DNA of 64,000 nt from Phoronis australis (taxonomy: Eukaryota; Animalia; Phoronida): NCBI GenBank assembly GCA_002633005.1, contig NMRA01000237.1, positions 124,001 through 188,000 of the forward strand, read 5' to 3'. Shown here piece by piece: positions 1-11,955 of the stretch; within the stretch, counting starts at the first letter, position 1; every line of letters starts with the position of its first letter. The notes under the pieces are model-generated. The model worked only from the letters and a program-made list of their open reading frames with translations. It was not told the DNA's origin and did not search any database. Position numbers and translations under genes: made by a program.

Positions 1-48
1 GCATGGCTACGTGGGACTCAACCCATTGTGCAGTCCAGCGTATTCAAG
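1..48 (+). CDS. TTN: Titin-like exon (partial), Ig C strand AWLRGTQPIVQSSVFK
   Basis: Ends AAG|GTTTGT, phase 0; joins 902 in frame to complete an Ig domain. Confidence 0.75.
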
Positions 49-129
49 GTTTGTGTCCTGCTAGTAATTGTTGGTGTTTGGCAAGGACTGGATTTATTTA
101 TTAACAAGCTTTTTGCTCGTTTGTGGTTA

Positions 130-500
130 GCTTTGGAGGCTTATTGATGTTGGGGCATATTGATGTTAAACGTTTGAACTGTGTGGTGCTGAATTTCGGG
201 TTAGATAGTAACAAGCTTTTTTATTGGTGTTGAACTTTGTTCCAGGTAATGTTCATCTTTGGGCCAGTTGTTGTTAAACTTTGAACTAATTATTGAAGAA
301 CATTTGGGAATTGGTGTTAAAGTTTGGCCCAATTGATGTTAAATTTTGAACCAGTGAATAACGCTGAATGGGCTTCAGCAAATTGGTGCTAAACTTTTGG
401 CCAATGGATTTTGACGTTTGGGATGGGCCAGTTGGTATTAAATTTAGGCCAGTTTGTGCTATTCTGTGGTCCTCTATGTGTTTAATTTAGCACCAGTTAG
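130..500. repeat. Degenerate ~20-25 bp minisatellite (consensus approx. AATTGGTGTTAAACTTTGGCC)
   Basis: Recurring TTGRTGTTAAA(C/A)TTTG variants through the intron. Confidence 0.5.
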
Positions 501-901
501 TCGTTTTTTGCCTGCAGATGTTGCCATATTCGTGCCTAATTAAATTGGCGCACCTATCTTTGATGCTGCAAATAGTGAAATGTACGAGTTGAGTGTGTAT
601 TCTGTGGATGGATTGAACATAGGCAGAATGATATATCATGCTTTTCAGTTACTCGTTTAACTAATTTAACCTTGTGCGGCTCCCGGAAAAAATGTAAAAG
701 TTAACAAATGCTTTTAAGGAATCAATGAAAAATCTAGCAAGCGTTTGATCTTGGCATTGTCCACTCATGATGTATCACCATTCAATAGTCAGATTGTAAT
801 GCTTTTGGCAGTTTTGAAAGTTGTGTCCCTCATGATTCATCTTTCTCCAGCTGATTTTGAGAGTTGTCCCCCCTTGTGATTCATCCCCCTGTCTCCACTA
901 G

Positions 902-1183
902 ATTGTTACTCAGCACAATTGGACCCGGCTCGAGATCCGCGAGACCTACCCAGAAGACACCGGCCTCTACAGTGTAGTTCTCAAAAACTCAGCTGGTGAG
1001 ACTCGCTCATCATGTCACGTGACCGTGGACAACACGATGTCGACGGCCAGTGAGGACATGACGTCGGACGTCGATGCGGAGCCGGTGGCGCCACGTTTCT
1101 TGCAGGGCCTTCATGACCGTGAGGCGATGGAAGGCAGCAAGGTTCGACTGGATTGTGTGATTGTTGGGCATCCAGAGCCAGAG
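902..1183 (+). CDS. TTN: Titin-like exon: Ig end (EDTGLYSVVLKNSAGE), linker and next Ig start
   Basis: ctag|ATT...GAG|gtgagt; 282 nt, phase 0-0. Confidence 0.92.
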
Positions 1184-1958
1184 GTGAGTAGAGAGCAGTG
1201 AGGTGACACTTTGGCATGTTGTCCTATTTGCATCACATCTGAAGCACGGGTGGACTAATTCCCATTGGATGGGGCTTTATGATGGTTGTCTTTTTACAAA
1301 AAAATTGGGTGATGGTTTAATAGAGGAATAAGGATGAGAAATCAATAATTTTATTGTACTCCAATGATCTTGTTTGCTTTTTTGTTGTACATTGGGCCGA
1401 TGGCCATGTGTACAAATAAGTAAAGGGAGGAAATATTCAAGGTACCGAATGTTGAAGGCAAGATAGTCTTGAAAGAAGGTTTTTCAGTAGGTGAGGAAAA
1501 GACTCTGATTGACTTACTGACATTCATACACAAGTAGCATGTTATATATTCTGTGGCACATTTAAATCTAAAATCAAGTCAACTTGAGATGGGTAACTCT
1601 GTTGTCTTGCAAAAGGTAGAAAACTGAAAATAGTATTCTTATAGTGTGTATATGTTATAGATAGGCCTTCGGCTCCTTATGCAAAACATCACAGCAAAAT
1701 ACTTTGATGAAAAATTATTTGAAAACAGCTTTCTCTCAATTTATCTTTTTTGCAGGAATTTTTTAATTTTTTTTCAATTAGTGACATCTTCTCCTCATAC
1801 TAAGTATGCAAAATCCTAGTGGGACAATCAATTGTATACCAAGCTGTGGGTTCCACTTACTAGCTGCGAATACTACTAAAATGATGATTAGAAACATTTT
1901 GTACCATACTTAGTGATATTAGCTGTTGACTGTAGTCTTGCCATACCCTTGGCTGTAG

Positions 1959-2139
1959 GTAATATGGTTCCATAATGCTAAGCCAGTCAAGGAATCCAAG
2001 GACATCCAGCTGCTGTTTGAAGGTGACAGGTGTACGCTAGTGATCAAAGAGGCCTACTTGGAGGACGCAGGTGTCTACAGGTGTACTGCTCGCAACAAAC
2101 GGGGAGAGACTTGTAGCGAGTGTAAACTTCACGTGGAAC
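1959..2139 (+). CDS. TTN: Titin-like exon: Ig second half (VIWFHNAK...EDAGVYRCTARNKRGE)
   Basis: gtag|GTA...GAAC|gtaagt; phase 0-1. Confidence 0.92.
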
Positions 2140-2149
2140 GTAAGTTGGA

Positions 2150-3012
2150 TAATGTTGTTATGGTGATTGGGGTGATAGTGGCAGTGACTGTGGTAAATGG
2201 TGGTGATGATGGTGGTGGTGGTGATGATGACGATGGTATGATGGTGATGGTAATGAGATGATGGTGACATTGGTGATGGTGATTATTTGTCGACAATGAG
2301 AACGAAGGTTGTCATTGTGATACTTATGGCAGTGATGGTGGTGGTGACAGTGTGACATGATTGAGAGCATTCTTATCGTTGTAATGATGGTGCTTTATAT
2401 AATGATAATGATGATGGCCATTATAATGGTGATGATGGTGATATAATGACAAATTGTTTGAGATGACACTGGTGATGATTATGGAAATGATTGTTGGTGG
2501 TGCTGGTGGTGGTGGTGACAGTGACAGTGACAATCTGGTGACGGTGACGATGATGTCATGATGATTTGAGGAGAATCAGAACAATGGTGGCTATAGTGTT
2601 AATTGAGTGATGATGACAGTGATACTGGTGACAGTGATGGAGTGAATGAGATGTGTGCATAGTGGTTCTGGTGTTTTTTGAAAATCTAGTTGGTGGTGCT
2701 GTATTTTTTAGTTGCTCACTCTTTCAAAAGAGAAATTCACCTGAAATGGGGAGATTGTTCGTTTTTTGTTTTTACTCGTCGCCTAGCAAATTGTGGCATT
2801 TCAAAGCTTGCTTACCATTGTTGAGCCAGGGTACAGTCTAGAAAAAAAAATTCTGGCCTCATCGTAATGTTGGTGGTTTGGGTTATGATTGTCATAATGG
2901 TGATTTGTTTGTAATGATGGTTGTGATGATAGAATTGATGATGACAAGGATGGTGGCGGTGGTGACGATGATGGTGGAAATTTGGTGACGGTGACTATGA
3001 TGACAATTATGA
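2150..3012. repeat. (GAT/GGT)n low-complexity trinucleotide tract, interrupted at about 2650-2860
   Basis: Runs of GGT, GAT and GTGATG visible directly. Confidence 0.85.
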
Positions 3013-4301
3013 TTGGATGAGAATTTTTTCTGGCGTGAAATTTCTAAAATGTGTGATAAAAGCATGGGCTATCACATGTCTTTGTTTAAAAAGTGACACT
3101 GTTGTACTGGGAAAAAATTCTCAGATGACCTTTGCTGTGGTAAATTGTCACCAATTTAGGACACAGTATGGCAGACAAGTGAAATTTCATTTTTCATTTT
3201 TCTCATAAAAAAGACGTAGCACAAATAAAAGGGTTTGTCAGTCTTCACCTGTATGTCATAGCTACCATCGAAGTGTGTTTTGAGAAAATATGAGCTTTCG
3301 CATTTGTTTGAAATTGGTGAGCTTTTACCCGTAATTTACAATTGACCCTGCAAATGACCACCACATTACAAAACAACAAATAAATCAATGTGGAAAATTA
3401 AATATCACTTCATTTCACATAAAACCAACTGTGCATGACCAATCAGTCCACATAAACACAGACCAGATACTGGATGAATATAGAACAGCTCCCAATCCCT
3501 GTTGGCAAGTACTCCCTCCACTGTTAGTAAAGTGAAATCTGAGCTACTTTGCTATAAACAATTATCTGTTGGCAGTCTTGCCTAAACTGGGCATTGTTTA
3601 TACCTAGCTTGTTTCAATAAACTTTTTAAATGCTGCCAGTCTTCTCTTGAATTTTCTTGGAGGCTGTTAGGAGATCAGTTTGTTGAGTTGGAGAAAGTAA
3701 TTTATTCTTTTGGGGATTTTTGCGTGATGTTTTTGTGACTGCCTGTTTGTGAAATGTTTGGCTTTGTGTGGTATTCATTAAAATTGTTATTGCAAGTTCC
3801 TGTTGGCCTCTCAGTTGGTCATTTATAGTTGATGTACTTCATTAGGTATTTTGGTAATGTGTATTTGTTTTGTAATTTGGTTGTAGTTTTGTATTATGAT
3901 GAAGAATCTTCAATTTTGTGGCATAGCTTTTTATTTTGTTGAATTTGTCCACAAAATACAAAGACAGTCATTTTGTGATGTGTTTTCTACTGTTAGTACG
4001 ACTTTTATAAAATAACGCTTTGAAAATTTTGTAGCATTTCATCAGTCATGTAATCCCTTTAAAAATTGTAGACAATGACAATTTTGGAAATGATTTTGCC
4101 CTGACTCTTGACTACATGTGCTAGGTTTAGTTCAGTTAAGTTTAGTATTAGGTAACGGTTTGTTTTGGCTTTTGCATGACATGCAAACTTATTTTTTGTG
4201 CTGAAACTCTCTAGGATTTATGCAGATTCATACTTGATGCAATGTCTTGCTTGATGTAAGACAGATTTGAGTGAATGCTGATTGACTATTCCATACTACA
4301 G

Positions 4302-4492
4302 CAATCAGTGAACTGAGCGACGCCAGCCTGCAGCCAGAGAATGTGCCGCCAACCTTTACACAGCTGTTGAAGGACGCGGAATGTTTCGAGGGACAGCCAG
4401 TCAAGTTAGAGTGTCGCGTCACCGGGAAGCCCCAGCCTAAGGTCTCCTGGTACAAGGACAATAAGATTATCGACAAAAATAAGGAATTTGAG
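4302..4492 (+). CDS. TTN: Titin-like exon: Ig first half (PPTFTQLLKD...WYKDNK)
   Basis: acag|CA...GAG|gtaagc; phase 1-0. Confidence 0.92.
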
Positions 4493-4914
4493 GTAAGCTT
4501 TGAGATGAAGTGCTATTTAACTTGACAGTAGTACTGAGCTAAACATGATCAAAGGTGGCCCAGCGTGTTGATGATTCAACTTTATGAACATTCAGTTTTG
4601 AGTTTCAGTTACCTTGCGATTGTCCAACCAAGTTTGAATGATATTTTTCAATATTGAATTTTGATTTTGTACTTGGTTTTTAACCCGTAAGAGTGAAAAT
4701 TGGTGATGCGTTTTTTTTTTTTCGGCAAATTTTCGTTTGTTTTATTGATTGTCATTTATGTCATCTTCTGTCGGAAAATTGAACTGCCTGTTTTCAGTCC
4801 CTTTCATTTTAGGAACAGGTGGGCGTAAGATTCATTATATGTTTAGTACGACGCAATGGGGATACTAGCTGATAGGCTCTGCTCTAATTTTGACTCTTCT
4901 CTCAACTGTTGCAG

Positions 4915-5217
4915 TTTGTCAACAGCGGTGATTTACACACATTAGTCATTCAAGAAGCCTTCGCCGACGACACTGGAACTTTCAGTGCTAAAGCAATCAA
5001 CAAGGCAGGTGAGGCCAAGTCATATGCAAGCCTCGTTGTCAATCCCGAGAAAATGTCCGTTGCGGAGACAAAAGCCAAGATGATGAAGATGGCTGAGACA
5101 CCGTCCAAACCCACGTCTTCGCCGCCCGAATTCAAGGTGCTGTTTTCCGATCAGCGGGTCAAGGCTGGTGACTGTGCCAAGTTTGAATGTGTCATCACAG
5201 GTAGCCCAAAACCAAAG
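4915..5217 (+). CDS. TTN: Titin-like exon: Ig end, linker and next Ig start
   Basis: gcag|TTT...AAG|gtaggt; 303 nt, phase 0-0. Confidence 0.92.
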
Positions 5218-5715
5218 GTAGGTTGGCAAACTGTTAGATTATAGCTGTTTTAAGTGTATTTTGTAGTTGTTATTTTATTAAGGGATTCATCACTGTGTAT
5301 TAAATAAGTGACTGTTTCTGTCTCAGTGGAACCAGTCTCTTTTAAGAATTAAGATGTCAAGAAAATAGTTAATAAAAAACTTTTTTGTTGACACCTAAAT
5401 TCTTTTAATGTATAAAATGAAAACCAATGTGAATTCCAGTTTATTGAGTTGTCTTGAGCAATGATGACTTGTTTGTTCTTCCCAAATCGCGATAAGTTGC
5501 ATGCAATTTCAAGCCAGTTCTAAAGCTGTAGTTGATGCAACTCAAAAGCGTGTTGACCTGAAAACTCACCAAGGGTACAAGGAAACATTGAAAGTTGAGT
5601 TGAGAATAAAAACTGAGTTAAAATGTGAGTGTTCTCATAACAGTTTCTGTCCAGTTTTTGAACCAGTCTGTTTGTTAAATACTGAGAACAATGATGCTCA
5701 TGTGCTGTATTTCAG

Positions 5716-6758
5716 GTGTCTTGGTTTGTTGGTGGTGAACCGGTTGTCTCCCCTGACTACCAGATCACAATGGACAGGGACAACCACTGCTTGAAGATTC
5801 CTGAAGTCTTCGACGAAGATGCTGATCGCTTCACTGTGGTTGCAGAAAACATGTGCGGCAAGGCCACATGTTCAGCTATGTTATTTGTTGATACAGACGA
5901 TGTCGATTCAGTGCCACATTCACGGCAAGAACTTGCGGTGGATCGCGTGCCAGCACCGGCCAAGCTGCCTACAAAGCAGCTGCCTGAAAAAGCAACTGTG
6001 GAAACAGTGACAATAGAGGCTTCCCCTCGCCACGAGGAACCCATGGAAGTCCAGGAAGAGCCTGTTGCGCCAATGTGGAAACAAAAGACGCAGGTTCAAA
6101 TGCCTGAATTTAAACCAGCAAAAGTGGCCCAGCCACCACAGCCAAAAGCTGCTGCTGAGCCCGCTGCTCAGCAGTTGTGGAAACCTTCCGGTCCTGAAGC
6201 TGAGTGGAAGCCAATAACGATTCCAGAGCCAATACCAAATTCTGCCCTTGAAGGCGCCGTTGTTCCAGAGTCACGTCAACTTCCACCGGAGCAGGACAAG
6301 CTACAGCAGCAAATGCAGTGGAAGCCACCTGTTCCGCAGACAGAATGGAAGCCAGTGTCGATACCACAGCCAAAGGCCAGCCCTGTTGTCCCTGCACCTA
6401 TGGAGTTACCCTCAGAAGCAGCGTTGCCCCGGGAACAGGAGCAGCTCCAACAGCAGCAGTGGTCACCTCCTGTGCCCCAAACGCAGTGGAAACCAGTGGC
6501 CATGCCACAATCAGCTCCTGCTGTTGCTCCTGCTCCAATTGAGTCCACCAAGGCTGCTCCCATTGCTGCCCCACCAACACCAGTATGGAAGCCAGCAGCT
6601 CGCTCACCACAGACGGCTACCCCAACACAAGCCCCTCCCCCAGGGCCGCCACCAACCCTGTGGCGACCAGTGACGCCAACTAAAGCACCAGAGAAGCAGC
6701 TGGCCCCTGCAAGACCAATGCCACCTGTTGTGAAGCAGAAGCCTTCCAAATCCCCAAG
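5716..6758 (+). CDS. TTN: Titin-like exon: Ig end plus long Pro/Gln/Ala-rich linker with WKP motifs
   Basis: ttcag|GTG...CCAAG|gtgtgt; phase 0-2; matches ORF 5716..6774. Confidence 0.9.
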
Positions 6759-7146
6759 GTGTGTTGAAGTATGAGTACCGGATTTTGTCAAAGCGCTTCC
6801 CTTTCACACAACTGAGTTTTATTTTAATGACCAGTGTGCTGAAGTAGAAATTCTTAAGTTATTGAAAGCGTATAGGGTAGAAATATGGGGTTTGTCTCAT
6901 CTGAATGCTATGGTAAGGTCACGGATCATGACTCACGAAAAAATTTTAATGAAAATTTACTAACACTAACTTTCAGACTGTATCAATACGTAACTGCGTT
7001 TCATATTCATTCTAGCTGTTGTTTTACATGCATACCCAGTACGTGTCAGTACAGAAATGATTAAATTCAGCAAAAAATAACTCGGGTGACACTTCATGAA
7101 TATTCTATCACCGTCTCAATGTTTCCTGTTGGATTCCTACTTTCAG

Positions 7147-7346
7147 TGCAATAAATGGCGACGTCGTCATCAAAGACCAGTTCTTCCAGTCAACGGTGAT
7201 CAAGAATGTTGAAGAAACTGTTGAACACAAGTTCAAGCCTATGGAGCTGAGTGTTAAGCTGCCTGTGCCCCCCAAGTGGAAGGAACCATTAAAGAGTATA
7301 GCTGTAATGGCTGGGTCCAAAGTGACTTTTAAGGGACTAGTGTCAG
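7147..7346 (+). CDS. TTN: Titin-like exon: linker and first half of Z1-like Ig
   Basis: ttcag|T GCA...TCAG|gtgagt; phase 2-1. Confidence 0.88.
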
Positions 7347-7570
7347 GTGAGTGTAGCCGTAATAGCTGGAACCAAAGTGACTTTTAAGGGAATAGTGTCA
7401 GTTGAGTATAGCCGTAATGGTTGGGACCAAAGTGACTTTTAAGGGAATAGTGTCAGTTGAGTATAGCCGTAATGGTTGGGACCAAAGTGACTTAAGGGAC
7501 TATTGTCAGGTGAGTGTAGCCATTATGGTAGGGTCCCAAGTGACTTTTAAGGGACTAGTGTCAGGTGAGT
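7296..7570 (+). repeat. 55-bp minisatellite x5 copying the exon 3' end and the 5' splice site
   Basis: Unit GTATAGCYGTAATGGYTGGGWCCAAAGTGACTTTTAAGGGAMTAGTGTCAGKTGA at 7296, 7351, 7406, 7461 and 7514. Confidence 0.92.
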
Positions 7571-8392
7571 ATGATGTGACTTAGCAGTGACGATGGACTT
7601 TTTTGCGGTTGCTCTTGCGTGTGCCTGGAATGATGAGAATGGTGTGTGCGTGTGAATTTTCTTTAATTCATCTTGTATTGGAGGAAATGGTCAGTTGTTG
7701 AAGCCCCATACAGCACCACTTTTGAAAGCCTCTGTGGATGTCTAGAATGCATTTCTGAGTATTTTTGATTCGGAGAGTTGGCATTTCTAAATTTCTGATT
7801 TAAGTGTGGAACGCGTTAACTTCATTGGTTGCCCTTGAGAATAGACTTGCTGCTGTGAACTTGGATTTATATGTGACTAGGAAATTCACTGGGTCACTGG
7901 AATATTATTTTTACAGTGGGTCAACCTAAACTTCAATCTTTAAACTAAAGTAAACTAATGAAAAGTAGTAGGACAAGTCTTTCTCATTTTGGTGACAGAT
8001 ACTCTATCTTCAGTTTGAGCAACTTTGATCCTTGTTTTCATGAACTTTCATTTTTGTTTCTCGGGTCTCTTTTGTTGTGAAATGAGAGCAAGTTAATGAG
8101 TGTACATTACATCCTGGTATTAAACTGAATGCTGCAATTTCGCAGCTGGAGACGGGTGGGGAGCTGAAAGCTGGTCAGTTTAGTCAATTGTACAAATTGG
8201 AAGACAGAGATGGGTTGAAAAGTGAGAAAATAACAGAATTTAATCATTTTTAAAGCATTTAACTTGTATTTGAGATTGTAGACATCAATTAAAAGACTAG
8301 GTTTACTGATTAAATTAATTTATTGTCATTATTATTATTTTCACTTGTTGTTGTTATTACTAAAACGGTATCATTTTATATTTCATTTTCAG

Positions 8393-8590
8393 GCAAACCG
8401 GAGCCTGTTATTAAGTGGTATCGCGAAGGTAAAGAGATACCAGCCGTCTCAGACTTTGAAATTGAGCACAAAGGTGGATGGGTGTCACTCACCATACCAG
8501 AGGTGTTTGATGAAGATGCTGGCAAGTTTACCTGTGTAGCACGTAATCAGGCTGGAACGGCTTCTAGCAGTGCGGAGTTGGTGGTCAAAG
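8393..8590 (+). CDS. TTN: Titin-like exon: second half of Z1-like Ig (GKPEPVIKWYREG...SSAELVVK)
   Basis: ttcag|GC...AAAG|gtatgt; phase 1-1. Confidence 0.93.
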
Positions 8591-8697
8591 GTATGTCTTG
8601 TTGTTTTTCGTCTTCTCCATCCTTCGTCAAGTGGTACTGGTATCGTAGTAGGAGGATATTGACAAAATGAACATTTTTTGCAAAATAACAGCTGAAA

Positions 8698-8760
8698 TGG
8701 TGTGTGTGTGTGGGTGTGCATGTGTGCGTGGGTGTGCATGTGTGCGTGTGTGTGTGTGCG
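8698..8760. repeat. (TG)n-type compound microsatellite
   Basis: GTGTGTGTGTGGGTGTGCATGTGTGCG... Confidence 0.9.
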
Positions 8761-11599
8761 ATATGTTGTTGGGGGAATTGACGTATCGCCAGGATTTTGA
8801 GTGAGGGCTTAACTGACCAATCAGAACGCAGCATTCTTGACACACCTTCGTTTCCAAGCTGCCATTTTACCAGAAAAACAGCACGTTGCTGGGTAAAACT
8901 TATTGTTTGTTTGTCGACATTTCGCAAGAGGATGGAGTTTGCGATGGGTCAATTGTCTTTGGACTATTTGAACATTGGTTCATTGTTTTATCGCAGGAAA
9001 GATTTGAATGGTGGTGGAACTTTTCTCACGATGGTTAGACAGAGAGATGTCTTATCCTATTTTATTTTGTTGCAATTTACTGGCTGATGAGCAATGTAAA
9101 AAACCTGTCAATAGTGTCGCATTGAAGTTGGATAGTATAGAGGAGAGCTTTGGCCTATGAGCTGCCACATGTGAAGCCCAAATTCACACCCCGCGTTGCT
9201 TGTCTGACTGAGTATTGTACTGCTGTAAAATCTTATCAATTTCACATTTTTCTTTCTTTTTTCGTAGAAGATGCACCGAATGAATCCTTTACCATTTTCA
9301 AGTTCTGTATCATATATCAGCCATTGGACAATGTTTTGAGAAGTTGTGGGCTTTCGCAATAATGTTAGAACCCTTTGAAAAAATGTAAAAAAATGATAAC
9401 TTGTTATTTTTGTCCAAAATTGGTGACGTTTTACACTTAGTCACTTCCCATAGTGTATTTTGACTTAATACTTGAGTGCATGGAATAATGTTAGGGAATA
9501 AGTATAAATGTTATGAGGGTCCTTATGGACAGCAAGTGCTCACACTGATGAAGTTTCCTTTGTTTACATTTTGAAAGGCTAATGTTCATGAAATGAAAAA
9601 GTGATAAAGCTTGTTTGATAGTTATGGCCCTGTGTACTATGCAAATTAGCCAGGCCTAAGTGACAGTATTTAGTTCTTAATCTAAGTCGGTCTGTTCTAT
9701 ATGTGAGACTGTGAAATTGTCAAAAAAGTGATAGTTGGGCAATTTTTCTTACCAAGACATTTCCGTACCTCTAGGCTGTATTAAGTGTAAATGTTTTAAT
9801 GACCAAGTTGACGCATTTGTTTCGACTAGTCTGATAATCTCGTAGTCATCCGAGTTGGCACCTTGGGCACTTAAATTAGATAACCAAAAATTCGTGGGTG
9901 TTTTGAAAAGTCTGGGGCAGACCAAACAATCGATCGGGTTAACACTCAGGAAGGTACATCTAGTGCAAACTTTAGGTGCTTGAGTGAGTTAAACCATTGG
10001 TGGAATGTGTACTACTAGGTAAACACGTTTTTGTACATTTTGGGAGCTCGAATTCTCACAAGACTCGACACTTTCAACTGGGATTAGCATTTAGCCGAGC
10101 ATGGGTGTTCAAAATTGGACATTTTCAACATTTTGATGTTAGCCATTAATAAAGCTGAACATGGGAGAGTAAGGTTGTAGGTAAATGTGCAGCTCATCTT
10201 TATGTAGTTAGTAAACCAACCCTGAATCCAAGCACGCTTGGAAGTCTTTGCATTGACTGTGTAGCTCGTCAAATTATGATCACACGAAGAAATTTATATG
10301 CAGAAGTGATATGGCAAATATAATTGCACAAAATGAAGCCTTTCAAAGATACTTAATATTCACTCGGAAATTCGAGATTTTACTGTTCACGTGTCTGTTC
10401 ACCATTTACATTTTTCACCTAGTGGTGAACTCGTAAACTATATGCATTCTTATGGTTCTTTGGCTGGCATTTGGGTCACTACTAATAATAATATGATGTC
10501 ATTCGGTCAAGTTCTGTGCTCATAACGGAATGTAATTTGTTGGTACTAATACACTTATCAAGTATTTTGCACCCACACCGGAAATTTCTTCTGATTTATG
10601 TGCATTTCACAAAATCTGGGAAAAAAAGTTTCGATGTATTTTCAGCTCTATTTAGCTGATGCTTTGCTAATCTTCATGTAGCAAAACAACATAGGAACTA
10701 AAGGGTTTTAGCATCTGTGTTCATCAGACCTCCACAACAGCTTACATACAAATAGGTTTATGAATAAGCCACATGGAAGTCTGTTTGTTCACATTACTGC
10801 TAATTGAAAGCCCAGACTTCACCACCATGTCTTGAGTACTTATAAGCTGGAGATGGTTTGTTATGACTGGATAATGATGTTAATATACAGTGGAAGAATG
10901 TTTCTGCTGAAGTAGTTCTTATTCCCATGGTTTATCACAAGATGTTCTTGTTGTAAAGGGATTGATGTAAGAAGTGCTGTAATAATTACATAATAGTAAT
11001 AGTATCATTAGTGCCCTTAGCAATTAAAGGTGGTGGACCCGAGTTTGACGAATAAGATGGAGAAAATTCAAATTATGAAACAATTTTTACACGTGATAAA
11101 TCAAGATCTTTGATCCAAGGTAAAAAATCCGTATAGCCCCGATGTTCTTGTATTCTCTAACAATAGTCGCAAAAAAAAATTTGCTCTCCCCTGAAAAGCC
11201 GTGGTTGTAAAATTTCCTACTTATGTGAACAATTTGTTTTGTCGATTAAAAATTGTTCGTTTGGTGAAAAACTTCAAAACTTTGTGAAAACTTTAAAATC
11301 TTCTTTTAGTTTCATATCTAATTGACAACTTACTGAATAGTGATGAAAGTGTCCTTGACTGTACTGAGATTAGAATTGAATTCAGTGCTTGGTAAGGGCT
11401 GCTAGCTGACAAATCATTGTTGCTAAAGACTGCTCAAAATGTGGCAATAGGCTGGTTTATGATGGACCAATAGGTGGAAGCAGTAGTTGGTATATTAGGA
11501 ATCTTATCACCAAGTCTGTGCATTCAGTCAAATATGTGAAAAACCATGAAATGTAACTCGGTAAAACTTCATGTTTTCTGAAGTCTGACTTTATACCAA

Positions 11600-11955
11600 C
11601 CTGCTGTTCATTGGGTCACGTGACCACGTCCTTTCAGTAAGATCAAGTAATTTCATAGCAAATTAATGGTACCAATAACACGACCAAAGTTGCTTTGATT
11701 TAAATATTCAAGATGAAATCTCAAAAATGTTACTAGAGTTCTAAATTAATGTTTCCTTTTCATTTAATGCAACTTTTGAAAAATTCTCTATTTCCTGTAG
11801 CTCCTCTTGCAAAAGTGGAATATTTTAAAAACAATCCAAAACTTTTGTTTTGGAAAACAGTGCATGGAGCCCAGTGTCTGAAAATTTGATTTCAATCCGA
11901 CCAACCAATTCTATAATATGATGTTCCGAAGGTTAGGCTAATTTTTTAGGGTCCC
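11600..11955. mobile_element. Diverged interspersed repeat fragment, copy 1 (copy 2 at about 27940-28245)
   Basis: Shared colinear blocks: GGTCAYGTRACC, GGTAYCAATAACA, ATRTTCAAGATGAAATC, AAAAGTGG..TTYAAAAACAAT, AACAGTGCAT; family not identified. Confidence 0.6.

Noticed and set aside
2037-2533. His-rich and Ile/Thr-rich minus-strand ORFs
   Set aside because: They are translations of the intronic (GAT/GGT)n tract, with no independent gene structure
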